A DNA stretch of 63,764 nt, the filler included. It is 7 parts of 7 records of this genome, joined end to end, with 100 filler letters (N's around TTAATTAATTAA, not from the genome) between each part and the next. Parts side by side here need not be neighbours in the genome. Positions count along the whole stretch, not along the records: positions 1 to 12,542 come from DRR723986_24571; 6 more parts are not named here. One strand, given 5' to 3'. Shown here piece after piece: positions 1-9,659 of this stretch. The position numbers were made by a program, and so were the translations under genes. A model generated the notes under the pieces. The model did no database searches. It saw nothing but the letters and a program-made list of their open reading frames with translations, and was not told the DNA's origin. Every line of letters begins with the position of its first letter. Position 1 is the first letter of the stretch.

Positions 1-68
1 AAGGAGCGGCATCAAACCGCGACACGTCCAGAAATTGAGGCGATTGCCGCGCTGCCCGATGCCTGATC

Positions 69-683
69 TCAACCGGGTTTCCAGCATACGCCAAGCAATA
101 TAGCCTCGGTTTCACCTGTCGACACATAGGCGTGGCCCAGTCCGGAATCGAAATAGATCGTATCACCGGGGTACAGTACCACCGGATCTCGGTCCTTGAG
201 ATGCACGGTGACCTCACCCTTGAGAATATAAATGAACTCCTCTCCGGGGTGCGAGATAAAGTCCTCAAATGCCGTGAAACTATTGGCCTTCACGTGGCCG
301 ATCATGGGCACCATATGCTTGCCCGCCAGGTCACCCGCGATCATTTCATAGTGATAGGTATCCGAGCGGTGCATCGGTGCTTCACCAGCCCGCGTGACCG
401 ACACGGACCCGCGGGTAAAGCCTTCGGCATCGGCGTCAAACAACTCGCCAACATCCATGCCCAGCCCCTGAGCCAGCCGCATGAACCGATCATAGGTCAG
501 CGATATTTCGCCTCGCTCCATCTTGGAAATTGTTGAGACAGCCAGGCCGGTGCGATCCGATAAGTCCTTGAGTTTCCAGCCTCTTGCCTTGCGAATTTCC
601 CGCACACGAACGCCGAGGTCGGCCTCGGAAGTGGTTTCGGTCGGATCGAGATTAAGGACGGCTGTGAGTGTCGAATTTTCCAA
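69..683 (-). CDS. XRE-family HTH regulator with C-terminal cupin domain
   Basis: N-terminal HTH (VREIRKARGWKLKDLSDRTGLAVSTISKMERG) and cupin motifs (HPGEEFIYILKG, GDTIYFDSGLGH); divergent from the catabolic operon. Confidence 0.9.
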   Translation of the reverse strand: MENSTLTAVLNLDPTETTSEADLGVRVREIRKARGWKLKDLSDRTGLAVSTISKMERGEISLTYDRFMRLAQGLGMDVGELFDADAEGFTRGSVSVTRAGEAPMHRSDTYHYEMIAGDLAGKHMVPMIGHVKANSFTAFEDFISHPGEEFIYILKGEVTVHLKDRDPVVLYPGDTIYFDSGLGHAYVSTGETEAILLGVCWKPG

Positions 684-715
684 TGCGAAAATTTTCCTAT
701 TTTCCGATTGGAAAA
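674..715. promoter_or_regulatory. Two inverted copies of a candidate XRE operator (TTTTCSSATTGGAAAA)
   Basis: TTTTCCAATGCGAAAA at 676-691 overlaps the regulator start codon; TTTTCCGATTGGAAAA at 700-715. Confidence 0.6.
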
Positions 716-773
716 AATGCTAGCACTTGAGGCAACGGAATCAAACTGAAAAACGGACGTGTCTCGGGGGATC

Positions 774-1907
774 ATGACGAAAAGCTATGACATTGCGGTG
801 ATTGGCGCGGGAATTGCCGGTGCCTCGGTCGCGGCTGAACTGGCTGTGAATGCCCATGTTGCGCTGGTCGAGATGGAGTCGCAGCCCGGCTATCACACGA
901 CGGGTCGGTCGGCGGCTGTCTTTGCCCCGATTTATGGGCCGGCCCCAATCCGTGCGTTGACGCGCGCGTCCGAAGCATTCTTTTGCGCGCCGCCAGAGGG
1001 GTTTGCCGATGCGCCGTTGTTTTCGCCGCGCGGCATCCTGATGTTGGCGCGCCACGATCAGGAACTGGCGTTGGATGAATTGTTGTCAGAAGTCGGCGGC
1101 GCGGCATCGGTCTCGCGGTTGAACGAAGCCGAAGTTTTGAACGCCAACCCTTTGATCCGGCCAGGCTATGCTAAATGGGCCATGCAGGACAGCAACGGGC
1201 AAGATATCGACGTCGCCGCGCTTCATCAGGGCTATCTGCGGCAGTTCAAAGCGCGCGGTGGCGAAGTTCTGACCCGCAGCGAGGTTTTGAGCCTGTCGCG
1301 CAGCGGCAATGGCTGGGACGTACACCTCAAGGCGTCGACCTTTCGTGCTGATGTGGTGGTGAATGCCTCGGGTGCTTGGGCGGATGTGATCGGCAGTATG
1401 GCCGGTGCGGCGCCGATTGGCCTGACCCCGAAGCGACGCACGGCGGCCATCATCGCTGCTCCGCAAGGGATCGAGACCGACCAGTTGCCGATCACCATCG
1501 ACATCGAGGAAGAGTTCTATCTCAAGCCGGATGCCGGGCGCTTGCTGATTTCGCCCGCCGACGAAACCCCATCGGCCCCCTGTGATGCCCAGCCCGAAGA
1601 GATGGATATTGCGATCTGTGTTGACCGGATTGAAACCGCCTTTGACGTATCGGTGCGGCGGATCGAGAACAAATGGGCGGGCCTGCGTAGCTTTGTTGCC
1701 GACAAATCGCCGGTTGCCGGATATGCCGCCGAGACCAAAGGGTTCTTTTGGCTGGCGGGACAAGGCGGTTATGGCATCCAGTCCGCTCCGGCGTTGGCTC
1801 GCACAGCGGCAGCGTTGGTGCGGGGCGAACCCTTGCCGCATGATATTGCAGATCATGGCGTGCGCGCAGAAGACCTGTCGCCTGAGCGCTTGCGGGTGCT
1901 CGCTTGA
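774..1907 (+). CDS. FAD-dependent oxidoreductase, D-amino acid/glycine oxidase (DAO) family
   Basis: GAGIAG Rossmann motif, HTTGRSAA, WAGLR, GQGGYGIQSAPA; ATG at 774 preferred over GTG at 759. Confidence 0.9.
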   Translation: MTKSYDIAVIGAGIAGASVAAELAVNAHVALVEMESQPGYHTTGRSAAVFAPIYGPAPIRALTRASEAFFCAPPEGFADAPLFSPRGILMLARHDQELALDELLSEVGGAASVSRLNEAEVLNANPLIRPGYAKWAMQDSNGQDIDVAALHQGYLRQFKARGGEVLTRSEVLSLSRSGNGWDVHLKASTFRADVVVNASGAWADVIGSMAGAAPIGLTPKRRTAAIIAAPQGIETDQLPITIDIEEEFYLKPDAGRLLISPADETPSAPCDAQPEEMDIAICVDRIETAFDVSVRRIENKWAGLRSFVADKSPVAGYAAETKGFFWLAGQGGYGIQSAPALARTAAALVRGEPLPHDIADHGVRAEDLSPERLRVLA

Positions 1908-3187
1908 TCTGGCTCGTGCCCCTTGCCGCGATCCTGCTTCTGGGATCGGGACTGGCGCTGGCCTATGTCATTGGCGGCGTTGCGGTTTTGTCTTTTGTCG
2001 TAACTGAGAACACACGCTACCTCGCCATTCTGCCGCAAAAGGTGTTCTCCCAGATCAGCGTGTTTTCCCTTTTGGCGATGCCGCTGTTCATCCTGGCCGG
2101 AGAACTGATGAACCGGGGCGGCGTGACAAAGGCGTTGATTGACTTGTCCATGGCGCTTGTCGGGCGGCTGCGCGGCGGGTTGGGGCATGTGAACATCATG
2201 ACCTCGGTGTTTTTCGCGGGCATTTCCGGCTCGGCCATTGCGGACGCGGCAGCGCTGTCCAACACACTGGTGCCGGCGATGAAGGAACGCGGTTACTCCG
2301 AGACCTATGCCGGGGCGATTACCGCCGCATCCGCCATTATTGGCCCGATTGTACCACCCTCGATCATTCTGATTTTTTATGGCGCCCTGATGCAGACATC
2401 TGTTGCCGCGCTGTTTGTCGCCGGAATTGTGCCGGGTTTGTTGCTGGCGGCGGTGTTGTTCGTGATGAATGGCTATTTCGCATGGAAAGAGGATCACCCG
2501 CGTATTGCGAAAGAAGACGCGGTGCCCATGGGGCCCGCATTTCGCACTGCGTTGCCCGCGCTGTCGCTACCGCTGATCATTGTGGGCGGCATTGTTTTCG
2601 GCTGGATGACCCCGACCGAAGCCGCCGCCGTGGCCGTTGTCGCGGCATTTGTCGCTGGTTTTTTCTATGCCGGATTGTCCTTCAAAGACTTGCGCGAAAG
2701 CTTGGAACGTACGGCAATCCTGACTGGCTCAATCTTTGTTATCCTTTGCGCTGTGGCCGCCCTTGGCCATGTGGCCTCGCTGGAGCGGGTGCCGCAAGCG
2801 ATTGCCGCCGGGGTCGAAAGCCTTGGGCTGGGGCCAATTGGCTTTCTGCTGTTGATGAACGTGATCTTCATTTTTGCAGGCATGGTGCTGGACATCACCG
2901 TGGCGCTGGCGCTCTTGGTGCCACTGCTTGCGCCGGTCGCCCTCGCCAATGGCGCGGACCCGGTGCATCTAGGCATCGTGATCTGTTTCAATCTGTCTAT
3001 CGGGCTTGTCTCGCCGCCTTTGGGGGGCTGCCTTTTGATCGTGTCAGCGGTGACCGGCATGAATTACTGGGCGTTGGCCGCCAAGGTCATCCCCTTTGTC
3101 ATCGCAGAAATACTCGTGCTTGGCCTCTTGGTATTCGTGCCGGACATCTCGCTTGTCCTGCCACGGCTGATGGGGCTTTGGAACTAA
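1904..3187 (+). CDS. dctM: TRAP transporter large permease
   Basis: LLAMPLFILAGELM, GISGSAIADAAA, IVPPSI, TPTEAAA; highly hydrophobic. Confidence 0.93.
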   Translation: MIWLVPLAAILLLGSGLALAYVIGGVAVLSFVVTENTRYLAILPQKVFSQISVFSLLAMPLFILAGELMNRGGVTKALIDLSMALVGRLRGGLGHVNIMTSVFFAGISGSAIADAAALSNTLVPAMKERGYSETYAGAITAASAIIGPIVPPSIILIFYGALMQTSVAALFVAGIVPGLLLAAVLFVMNGYFAWKEDHPRIAKEDAVPMGPAFRTALPALSLPLIIVGGIVFGWMTPTEAAAVAVVAAFVAGFFYAGLSFKDLRESLERTAILTGSIFVILCAVAALGHVASLERVPQAIAAGVESLGLGPIGFLLLMNVIFIFAGMVLDITVALALLVPLLAPVALANGADPVHLGIVICFNLSIGLVSPPLGGCLLIVSAVTGMNYWALAAKVIPFVIAEILVLGLLVFVPDISLVLPRLMGLWN

Positions 3188-3204
3188 ACCTAGGGAGAAG
3201 AAAT

Positions 3205-4179
3205 ATGACTTTTAAACAATCACTTATGGGGGCGTTCGGCGCGCTTACACTGGGCTTTGCCGCACCGGCAATGGCCGAAGTAAAGGTCGCACTGGACAGC
3301 CCTGCCAGTATGGATTCAGGCACCTATGTCTGGGCACATACCTTTGTTGAATACCTCAACGCAAACGGTATGGAAGCGGTCGAATATGAGCGCGGATCGC
3401 TGGGTGGCGAAGCCGAGAAACTGGACCAAGTGAGCCAAGGCCTCTTGGAAGTCTCGATGTCGGATGTGAAATCGGCCGGTACGCTGGATGGCACGATCTT
3501 CGGGGTTTTCTTGCCCTATTTCTTCAAGGATTTTGAGGAAGTCGACAAGGCAATGAAAGAAGGCGGGATGCTGGAAACCATCAATGCCGCGATCACCCCC
3601 AAGGGTGTGCGGCTGGCCAATGTTGTCTATTTGGGCGACGCGGCAGGTATCTTTACAACCAACAAGCCGATCAAATCCATGGCCGACATGGACGGTGTGC
3701 GGATGCGCGCATTGGACGAGGCTCAGATCGAGATCTTCAAGGCATGGGGCGCTCAAGGCACGATCGTCAGCTGGGCCGAGGTACCTAATGCGCTGCAAAC
3801 TGGCGTGGCGGATGGTTATCTGAACCCGTCCTTCGTGCCGCTTCTGTTCGGTCACACCGGGTTCATCAAGCATTTCACCGATGCCCAGATCGTTCCGTCA
3901 TCTCGTGCCGCGATCATGTCTGAAGACTGGTATGCGGGACTCTCTGATGACGAACGCGCCACTGTGGATGCCGCTGTTGAGGCCGCCAACACCGCTAACC
4001 GTGAATGGCTGCTGGGTCAGGCATCGGTGCTGGACAAATTGGCCGAGGCCGGGGTCGAAGTAATCTCGCTGGACGATGCCAAACGCGCCGAGTTCCGTGA
4101 TGCCAGCCAAGCGATCTGGGGCAATATCCCGATGCCGGATGGTGCGCTGGACGCCTGGAAAGCGGCGATCGGAAATTAA
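3205..4179 (+). CDS. dctP: TRAP transporter substrate-binding protein
   Basis: RBS GGGAGAAG before ATG 3205; signal peptide (AAPAMA); GVRMR and WAEVPNALQTGVADG motifs. Confidence 0.9.
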   Translation: MTFKQSLMGAFGALTLGFAAPAMAEVKVALDSPASMDSGTYVWAHTFVEYLNANGMEAVEYERGSLGGEAEKLDQVSQGLLEVSMSDVKSAGTLDGTIFGVFLPYFFKDFEEVDKAMKEGGMLETINAAITPKGVRLANVVYLGDAAGIFTTNKPIKSMADMDGVRMRALDEAQIEIFKAWGAQGTIVSWAEVPNALQTGVADGYLNPSFVPLLFGHTGFIKHFTDAQIVPSSRAAIMSEDWYAGLSDDERATVDAAVEAANTANREWLLGQASVLDKLAEAGVEVISLDDAKRAEFRDASQAIWGNIPMPDGALDAWKAAIGN

Positions 4180-4183
4180 GCGG

Positions 4184-4714
4184 ATGCGCGCGATGGCCCA
4201 TATGCTGGAACGGCTGTCCTTTGGTTTGCACCGGATTGCCCTGTTCTGTGCCCTGATCGCGGTTTTGGTGCTGCTGGCGGCGGCGGGCTGGCAGGTCATC
4301 GCGCGTTACTTTCTGGCCCAGCCCCCGGCCTGGACCGAAGAATTGGCACGGTTCTCGATGGTTTGGGCAGGACTTTTGGGTGCCTCTTGCGCGTTTCGGC
4401 TTAATGCCGATCCATCGCTCTTCCCGAACCTTCATGCCGCTGAAGGCACGGCGGGTAAAATACGCGCCGTGCTGCGCAGCATTGGTGTTCTGATTTTCAT
4501 CTCACCTATTTTGTGGTTTTCGTTTTTTGGCCCCAACATGAACCCCGCGCGCGGCTACCTGGCCCGGCTGTCGGGGCGACAGGCGGAAACCATGGACGTG
4601 CCGATGACCGTGTTTGGCATCGCCATTCCCATCGCCTTTACTCTCATTCTCATCCACCTGATCGCGCAACTCTTCGGCGCGCTGGTGGAGACTGACACAA
4701 GGAACCCGTCATGA
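4184..4714 (+). CDS. dctQ: TRAP transporter small permease
   Basis: WQVIARY...WTEELARFSMVW motif, about four TM segments. Confidence 0.88.
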   Translation: MRAMAHMLERLSFGLHRIALFCALIAVLVLLAAAGWQVIARYFLAQPPAWTEELARFSMVWAGLLGASCAFRLNADPSLFPNLHAAEGTAGKIRAVLRSIGVLIFISPILWFSFFGPNMNPARGYLARLSGRQAETMDVPMTVFGIAIPIAFTLILIHLIAQLFGALVETDTRNPS

Positions 4715-6159
4715 AAGTCCTGATCGCCGGGATCGCCACTGAATCCAACAGCTTTTCTCCCATCCCGACTGGCGAACAATCGTTTGAGGAAACCTTTGTG
4801 TCGCGGCAGGCGACCCAAGAAACCGCGAACCTGTTCTCCGCCCCCCTGCATGAATGGCGCGTCGCGGCCGAAGCGCGAGGCTGGGACGTGGTGGAAAGCC
4901 TTGCAGCTTTTGCCCAACCCGCAGGGCCGACCATTCGCGCCGTGTACGAGAAATACCGCGACGAAATCCTTGCCGATATCGAAGCTGCGCAACCCGACAT
5001 CATCCTGTTCAGCATGCATGGCGCGATGATTGCTGATGGTTATGACGATTGCGAAGGTGATCTGGCCAAACGCGCCCGCGCCATCATGGGCGACAAGGCG
5101 GTGATCGGTATGGAACTGGACCCGCATCACCATCTGACCGATGACATGATGGAAGCGATGAATGCGATCATCGCCTACAAGGAATACCCCCATACCGACA
5201 GCCGCGAACGGGCGCAGGAGTTGTTCTCCATTATCGCCGACACTGCCGAAGGCAAAATCAAGCCAGTGATGCGGGATTACGACTGCCGGATGCTGACCAT
5301 GTATCACACGCCGTTCGAGCCGGCCCGCAGCTTTGTTGACGAGATGATGGCGCGTGAGGGCACCGACGGCATCCTGAGCCTGTCATTGACCCACGGCTTT
5401 CCCTGGGGTGACAGCCCGCGCGTTGGAACGCGGATGATTGCGATCACCGATGGTGACCCGGACAAGGCCGAGGCCACGGCGCAGGAATTCGGCAAGAAAC
5501 TCTGGAGTTTGCGCGAACAGCTCCGCCCCAAGTATCCGTCCATCTCCGAGGCGCTGGACCGCGTGCTGGCAGGGGATAAATTCCCGTTTGTGCTGGCCGA
5601 TTTTGCCGACAATGCGGGCGGCGGAGCGCCGTCGGATTCGACATTTGTGCTGAAAGAAGTGCTGGCAAAGGGCATGAAGGACGTGGCCTTGGGCATCTAC
5701 TGGGATCCGATCATGACGCGCATGTGCACCGAAGCGGGTATCGGCAGTACCATGGACGTTCGGATCGGCGGCAAGCTGGGCAAGACGTCAGGCGATCCGG
5801 TTGATCTGACGGTAACGGTGCGGGGTATCCGGGCCGACATGGCGCAAGAGCTGGGCGGTTCGGAGATGCCGATGGGCAATGCGGTCTGGCTTGAGGCGGA
5901 TGGCCTGCACCTGGTGGTCAATGACCTGCGCACCCAGACGTTCCACCCATCGTCCTTCACTGATCTGGGCATTGATCTGGCAAAGATGAAGGCTGTGGTG
6001 GTCAAAAGCTCGCAGCACTTCTATGCTGGGTTCGAGCCGATTGCGTCCGAGGTCATTCACATGAAAGGGCCGGGGGCGATCACACCTGATTTCACCATCA
6101 TTCCGTTCACCAAACGCGACGATAATTATTGGCCCAAGACGGAAAACCCTTTTGCCTGA
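4711..6159 (+). CDS. M81 family metallopeptidase (MlrC-like)
   Basis: ATESNSFSP, MHGAM, DPH, YKEYPHTD, DNAGGG and VVKSSQHF motifs; ATGA overlap with dctQ. Confidence 0.9.
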   Translation: MKVLIAGIATESNSFSPIPTGEQSFEETFVSRQATQETANLFSAPLHEWRVAAEARGWDVVESLAAFAQPAGPTIRAVYEKYRDEILADIEAAQPDIILFSMHGAMIADGYDDCEGDLAKRARAIMGDKAVIGMELDPHHHLTDDMMEAMNAIIAYKEYPHTDSRERAQELFSIIADTAEGKIKPVMRDYDCRMLTMYHTPFEPARSFVDEMMAREGTDGILSLSLTHGFPWGDSPRVGTRMIAITDGDPDKAEATAQEFGKKLWSLREQLRPKYPSISEALDRVLAGDKFPFVLADFADNAGGGAPSDSTFVLKEVLAKGMKDVALGIYWDPIMTRMCTEAGIGSTMDVRIGGKLGKTSGDPVDLTVTVRGIRADMAQELGGSEMPMGNAVWLEADGLHLVVNDLRTQTFHPSSFTDLGIDLAKMKAVVVKSSQHFYAGFEPIASEVIHMKGPGAITPDFTIIPFTKRDDNYWPKTENPFA

Positions 6160-7030
6160 TCCAAACCCCCTGATTGCTGACCGTGACGCCTTTGCCGCCG
6201 AATTTCCCGAACAACGTGCCATCGTGAACGGGCGGGACTGGGGGGTTATCGAGGTTGGTCAATCCGGCCCCGAGATCGTGCTTATCCCCGGTACGCTGGG
6301 TCGGGCGGACATCTTTTGGCAGCAATTGATCGCACTGAAAGACACCGCACGGATCATGGCACTGAGTTATCCGTCGTCAGGTGGCATAAAAGATTGGGCG
6401 GCGGATGTGATGGATCTGTGCACGGTGCATGGGCTGTCCAAACCGGTGATCCTTGGCTCATCCCTTGGTGGCTATCTGGCGCAGTTCGTCACCGCGACCT
6501 ATCCGGGTCGCGTGTCGGGGTTGGTGGCTGCCAATACCCTGCCATCAGTTGCGGGGCTGGATCAGATCCCGCCCTATTCGGCGGACCTGATGGCCAATCC
6601 GATTGCTGACCTGCGGGCTGGGTTCAATGGAGGCTTGCAACAATGGGTAAGACCGGGCAACCCCTATGCCGATCTGGCAGAACTGCTTTTGGCCGAGGTC
6701 AACGGACGTATCCCCGAAGCTGAACTGCGCGCACGGCTTCAGGCGTTGAAAACCGCACCGGACCTGCCCGAGCAATCCTTGCCGGCAGGACGAGTGTTTA
6801 CCGTAGAGTCGGGTGATGACCATTTGATCAGCCCCTCGGTTCGGGCAGCGTTACGGGCCGCACTTTCGCCGGGTCGCGCATTCTGTTTCGATACGGCCAG
6901 CCATTTTCCGTATGTCACGCGGTCCGATGCCTATTCCGCACTTCTTCGCGAGGTGCTGGACCTGGAAACCGCAGGCACGTGCTGGCCCAAGGGCGCAGAG
7001 GCGCGACTGCAAGGTTCACTAGCGGTTTGA
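6152..7030 (+). CDS. Alpha/beta hydrolase (maspardin-like)
   Basis: GSSLGG nucleophile elbow, DDHL acid and SHFPY histidine; overlaps the end of the M81 gene. Confidence 0.8.
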   Translation: MPDPNPLIADRDAFAAEFPEQRAIVNGRDWGVIEVGQSGPEIVLIPGTLGRADIFWQQLIALKDTARIMALSYPSSGGIKDWAADVMDLCTVHGLSKPVILGSSLGGYLAQFVTATYPGRVSGLVAANTLPSVAGLDQIPPYSADLMANPIADLRAGFNGGLQQWVRPGNPYADLAELLLAEVNGRIPEAELRARLQALKTAPDLPEQSLPAGRVFTVESGDDHLISPSVRAALRAALSPGRAFCFDTASHFPYVTRSDAYSALLREVLDLETAGTCWPKGAEARLQGSLAV

Positions 7031-7394
7031 CGCTATGCCGGGCCAATAATGCCGAGCGTGCGCTGCCGGGAACTGAAAGCTTCAAGCCGTCTTTGTAGGT
7101 CAGCTTCCCACTGGAGCTTTGTATCAATGATAACTTTGCGCCCCGACTGAAGTTCTCGCTCAGTCTTTGCGACAGTTGGCACGACACTTGCCCCCACTGG
7201 CACAGCTTCCCTGTTGTCTCGCTTGTTGTCCGCCGCCGAGCCCGTCTGCGCTGACGGGTCTCCTGTTGATCTGGGCGAACACCGTATCGAGGGTGACATA
7301 CGCAAGTCACCGCGCCCATTCCGGTTTCAAAGTATCATCAGGCCAAGTCTTCGATATGATCAAACACTGCCATCTCCACCATCAAGGGGTAAAC

Positions 7395-7438
7395 TTGACT
7401 AAATTTGTCAGGTTGACATATCCGACTCATTCACTCAG
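7395..7438. promoter_or_regulatory. Two Iron-Rhodo-box-like operators flanking a TTGACA -35 hexamer
   Basis: TTGACTAAATTTGTCAG (7395-7411) and CCGACTCATTCACTCAG (7422-7438) resemble the Rhodobacteraceae TGAC-N7-GTCA iron motif; TTGACA at 7413-7418; upstream of hemP. Confidence 0.7.
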
Positions 7439-7508
7439 AAATAACGCACGTCCAGCCACCCGATTCCGAACAGGGAAGCCCGACACATAATCCATGTGAG
7501 GAATCCCA

Positions 7509-7688
7509 ATGCGCCTGAGACAATATGCTGCGTTCAGATGTGACGCTGTTGCAGAACAAAACCCCAGCCCGCTCAACCTGCGTGTGGACCTGTTTGAAGC
7601 GATGGCCGTCGTGATTGCGGACACTGCGATGGACAGCCAGATCTGGTTTGCCGACCACCTCTCGTTACAGGGGCGGGTCACGCAATGA
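7509..7688 (+). CDS. Small hypothetical protein (59 aa), first gene of the iron operon
   Basis: GAGGAA RBS, MRLRQYAAFRCD...LQGRVTQ*, ATGA overlap with hemP; below the ORF-track cutoff. Confidence 0.55.
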   Translation: MRLRQYAAFRCDAVAEQNPSPLNLRVDLFEAMAVVIADTAMDSQIWFADHLSLQGRVTQ

Positions 7689-7849
7689 GCTTTCACTCGG
7701 CCCCTCCCAAAAAAACATCAGCCCCCATGCTTCCCAGCTATGCCGCACGAGATCTGACCGAAGGCGGTGATCTGGCACAGATCGTATTGGATGATCAGAC
7801 CTACACCCTGCGGATCACGCGGGCTGGCAAGTTGATCCTGACCAAATGA
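7685..7849 (+). CDS. hemP: Hemin uptake protein HemP (54 aa)
   Basis: Diagnostic C-terminus YTLRITRAGKLILTK; ATGA overlap with the next gene; absent from the ORF track. Confidence 0.93.
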   Translation: MSFHSAPPKKTSAPMLPSYAARDLTEGGDLAQIVLDDQTYTLRITRAGKLILTK

Positions 7850-8334
7850 CCCAGACCACACCTCCCCGCGGCGCAGCGCCGGTCGGCTTTCTCACCGAAT
7901 TGGGCAGCGTCGAAGCGGCCTCCGTCATCTACCTGCGCCTGTGGTGCGACGGGCCTGAATCGCAGGCCCAGGTTTGGAACGATTTTGCTGCGCGGCTTGG
8001 CCCCAATCAGGGGCGCAAGGCGCTGAAATCATTTGAGGATCTTTGCGCCCTCTGCACCCGTCACGGCCGCAGGCCGCTGATGCGCCATTCGGTTCAGTGC
8101 AAATGTCTGGGCGCGGATGAAAGCTGCTTTGCCAATTTCGTTGCAGCCGCCGCCACGGGGGAACGCGAAGACGCCATGTTGATCGCGACCTTGCTGGTGC
8201 GTGCGGATGTGGCCCCGATGATTGCAAGTCTGGCCTGCGATGTCGGGCTGGCCCTCAAACAGATGCAACTGGGCGCCCCCGCGGATTTTGCCGCTGCCCC
8301 CCTGCCCTATCAAACTCCCAAAACACTTCACTGA
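7846..8334 (+). CDS. Conserved hypothetical protein of the iron operon
   Basis: Coupled to hemP; RRPLMRHSVQCKCLGADESCFA motif. Confidence 0.75.
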   Translation: MTQTTPPRGAAPVGFLTELGSVEAASVIYLRLWCDGPESQAQVWNDFAARLGPNQGRKALKSFEDLCALCTRHGRRPLMRHSVQCKCLGADESCFANFVAAAATGEREDAMLIATLLVRADVAPMIASLACDVGLALKQMQLGAPADFAAAPLPYQTPKTLH

Positions 8335-8345
8335 CAGGATCCCTC

Positions 8346-9605
8346 ATGAAACGTTATTTTCTCTCCACAGCGATTGCCCTTGGCCTTGCAACACCCGCGC
8401 TTGCGGTGGAACCCGCCGATGTGCTGGACACCTACGCCAACATTGCCGCCGCCAACTATCAGGACAGCCTGACCACGGCGCAGCGTTTGCAATCAGCCGT
8501 CGCCGCCTTGGTGGCAGCACCCTCCGCCGAGAACCTGACCGTTGCCCGCGCCGCATGGCTGGCGGCGCGCGTGCCATACCAGCAGACCGAGGTGTTCCGC
8601 TTTGGCAATGCCATCGTCGATGATTGGGAAGGCAAAGTGAACGCATGGCCACTCGACGAAGGTCTGATCGACTATGTCGACGCGACCTATGGCGGCCCCA
8701 CCGACGAAAACGCATTGGCTGCATTGAATGTGATTGCCAATCCAACCTTCACTCTGTCCGGCCAAGAGGTGGATGCAAGCACGATCACACCCGCACTTTT
8801 GGAAGATACCCTGCAAGAGGCAGACGGGATCGAGGCCAATGTTGCCACCGGGTATCACGCGATCGAATTTCTGCTTTGGGGGCAGGATCTGAACGGCCAC
8901 GGAACCGGCGCGGGCAACCGTCCCTGGACAGATTTCGCGGTCGGAGAAGACTGCACCAATGGCAACTGCGATCGACGCGGCGCATACCTTACGGCGGCCA
9001 CCGAACTGTTGATCTCTGATCTGGAGTTTATGGCCGATGCATGGGCCACGGGCGGCAAGGCGCGCGCCGATGTAATGGCCGACACGGACGCAGGCATTTC
9101 CGCCATTCTGACCGGCATGGGGTCGCTGTCTTATGGCGAAACGGCGGGGGAGCGGATGCGCCTTGGCGTCATGTTGAACGATCCCGAGGAGGAGCATTCG
9201 TGCTTTGCCGATAACACCCATAACGATCACTACTACAACGGTGTCGGCATCCAGTCGGTCTACCTTGGTGAATACATCCGCACCGATGGCAGCCTCGTGA
9301 CCGGTCCGTCCCTGTCTGATCTGGTTGCAGAAACCGACGCGGCGCTGGATGCAGAAATGCAAAAAAAGCTGAGCGATGCGGTCATGGCACTGGGCCGGAT
9401 CAAGACGGCTGCGGAGGCCGGTTTTGCCTATGATCAGATGTTGGAGCGCGGCAATGACGCGGGCGAGGCGCTGATCATGGGCGGCGTAAACGGGTTGATT
9501 GATCAAACCCGGTCGATTGAGCGGGTGATCGCGGCATTGGGCGCGGATGGCATTGCCATTGAAGGTTCTGACAGCCTCGACGATCCCGAAGCCGTTTTCC
9601 AGTAA
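8346..9605 (+). CDS. Imelysin-family (IrpA-like, peptidase M75) iron-regulated protein
   Basis: Signal peptide; VNAWPLDEGLIDY, ATGYHAIEFLLWGQD and EEEHSCF motifs. Confidence 0.92.
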   Translation: MKRYFLSTAIALGLATPALAVEPADVLDTYANIAAANYQDSLTTAQRLQSAVAALVAAPSAENLTVARAAWLAARVPYQQTEVFRFGNAIVDDWEGKVNAWPLDEGLIDYVDATYGGPTDENALAALNVIANPTFTLSGQEVDASTITPALLEDTLQEADGIEANVATGYHAIEFLLWGQDLNGHGTGAGNRPWTDFAVGEDCTNGNCDRRGAYLTAATELLISDLEFMADAWATGGKARADVMADTDAGISAILTGMGSLSYGETAGERMRLGVMLNDPEEEHSCFADNTHNDHYYNGVGIQSVYLGEYIRTDGSLVTGPSLSDLVAETDAALDAEMQKKLSDAVMALGRIKTAAEAGFAYDQMLERGNDAGEALIMGGVNGLIDQTRSIERVIAALGADGIAIEGSDSLDDPEAVFQ

Positions 9606-9659
9606 ATCCACACCGCCAGCCCGCGCCAGCCAACTGACCCTCAAATTTTGGACTTAACA

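Noticed and set aside
2482-3204. Long N-terminal extension of the 565-aa ORF
   Set aside because: It overlaps dctM in another frame; the real DctP start is ATG 3205 with RBS and signal peptide.
7033-7305. Minus-strand ORF whose end (WEADLQRRLEAF...GIIGP) faintly recalls an IS701-type transposase N-terminus
   Set aside because: The similarity is short and from memory; no terminal repeats or catalytic region are visible. It needs BLASTx against ISfinder.
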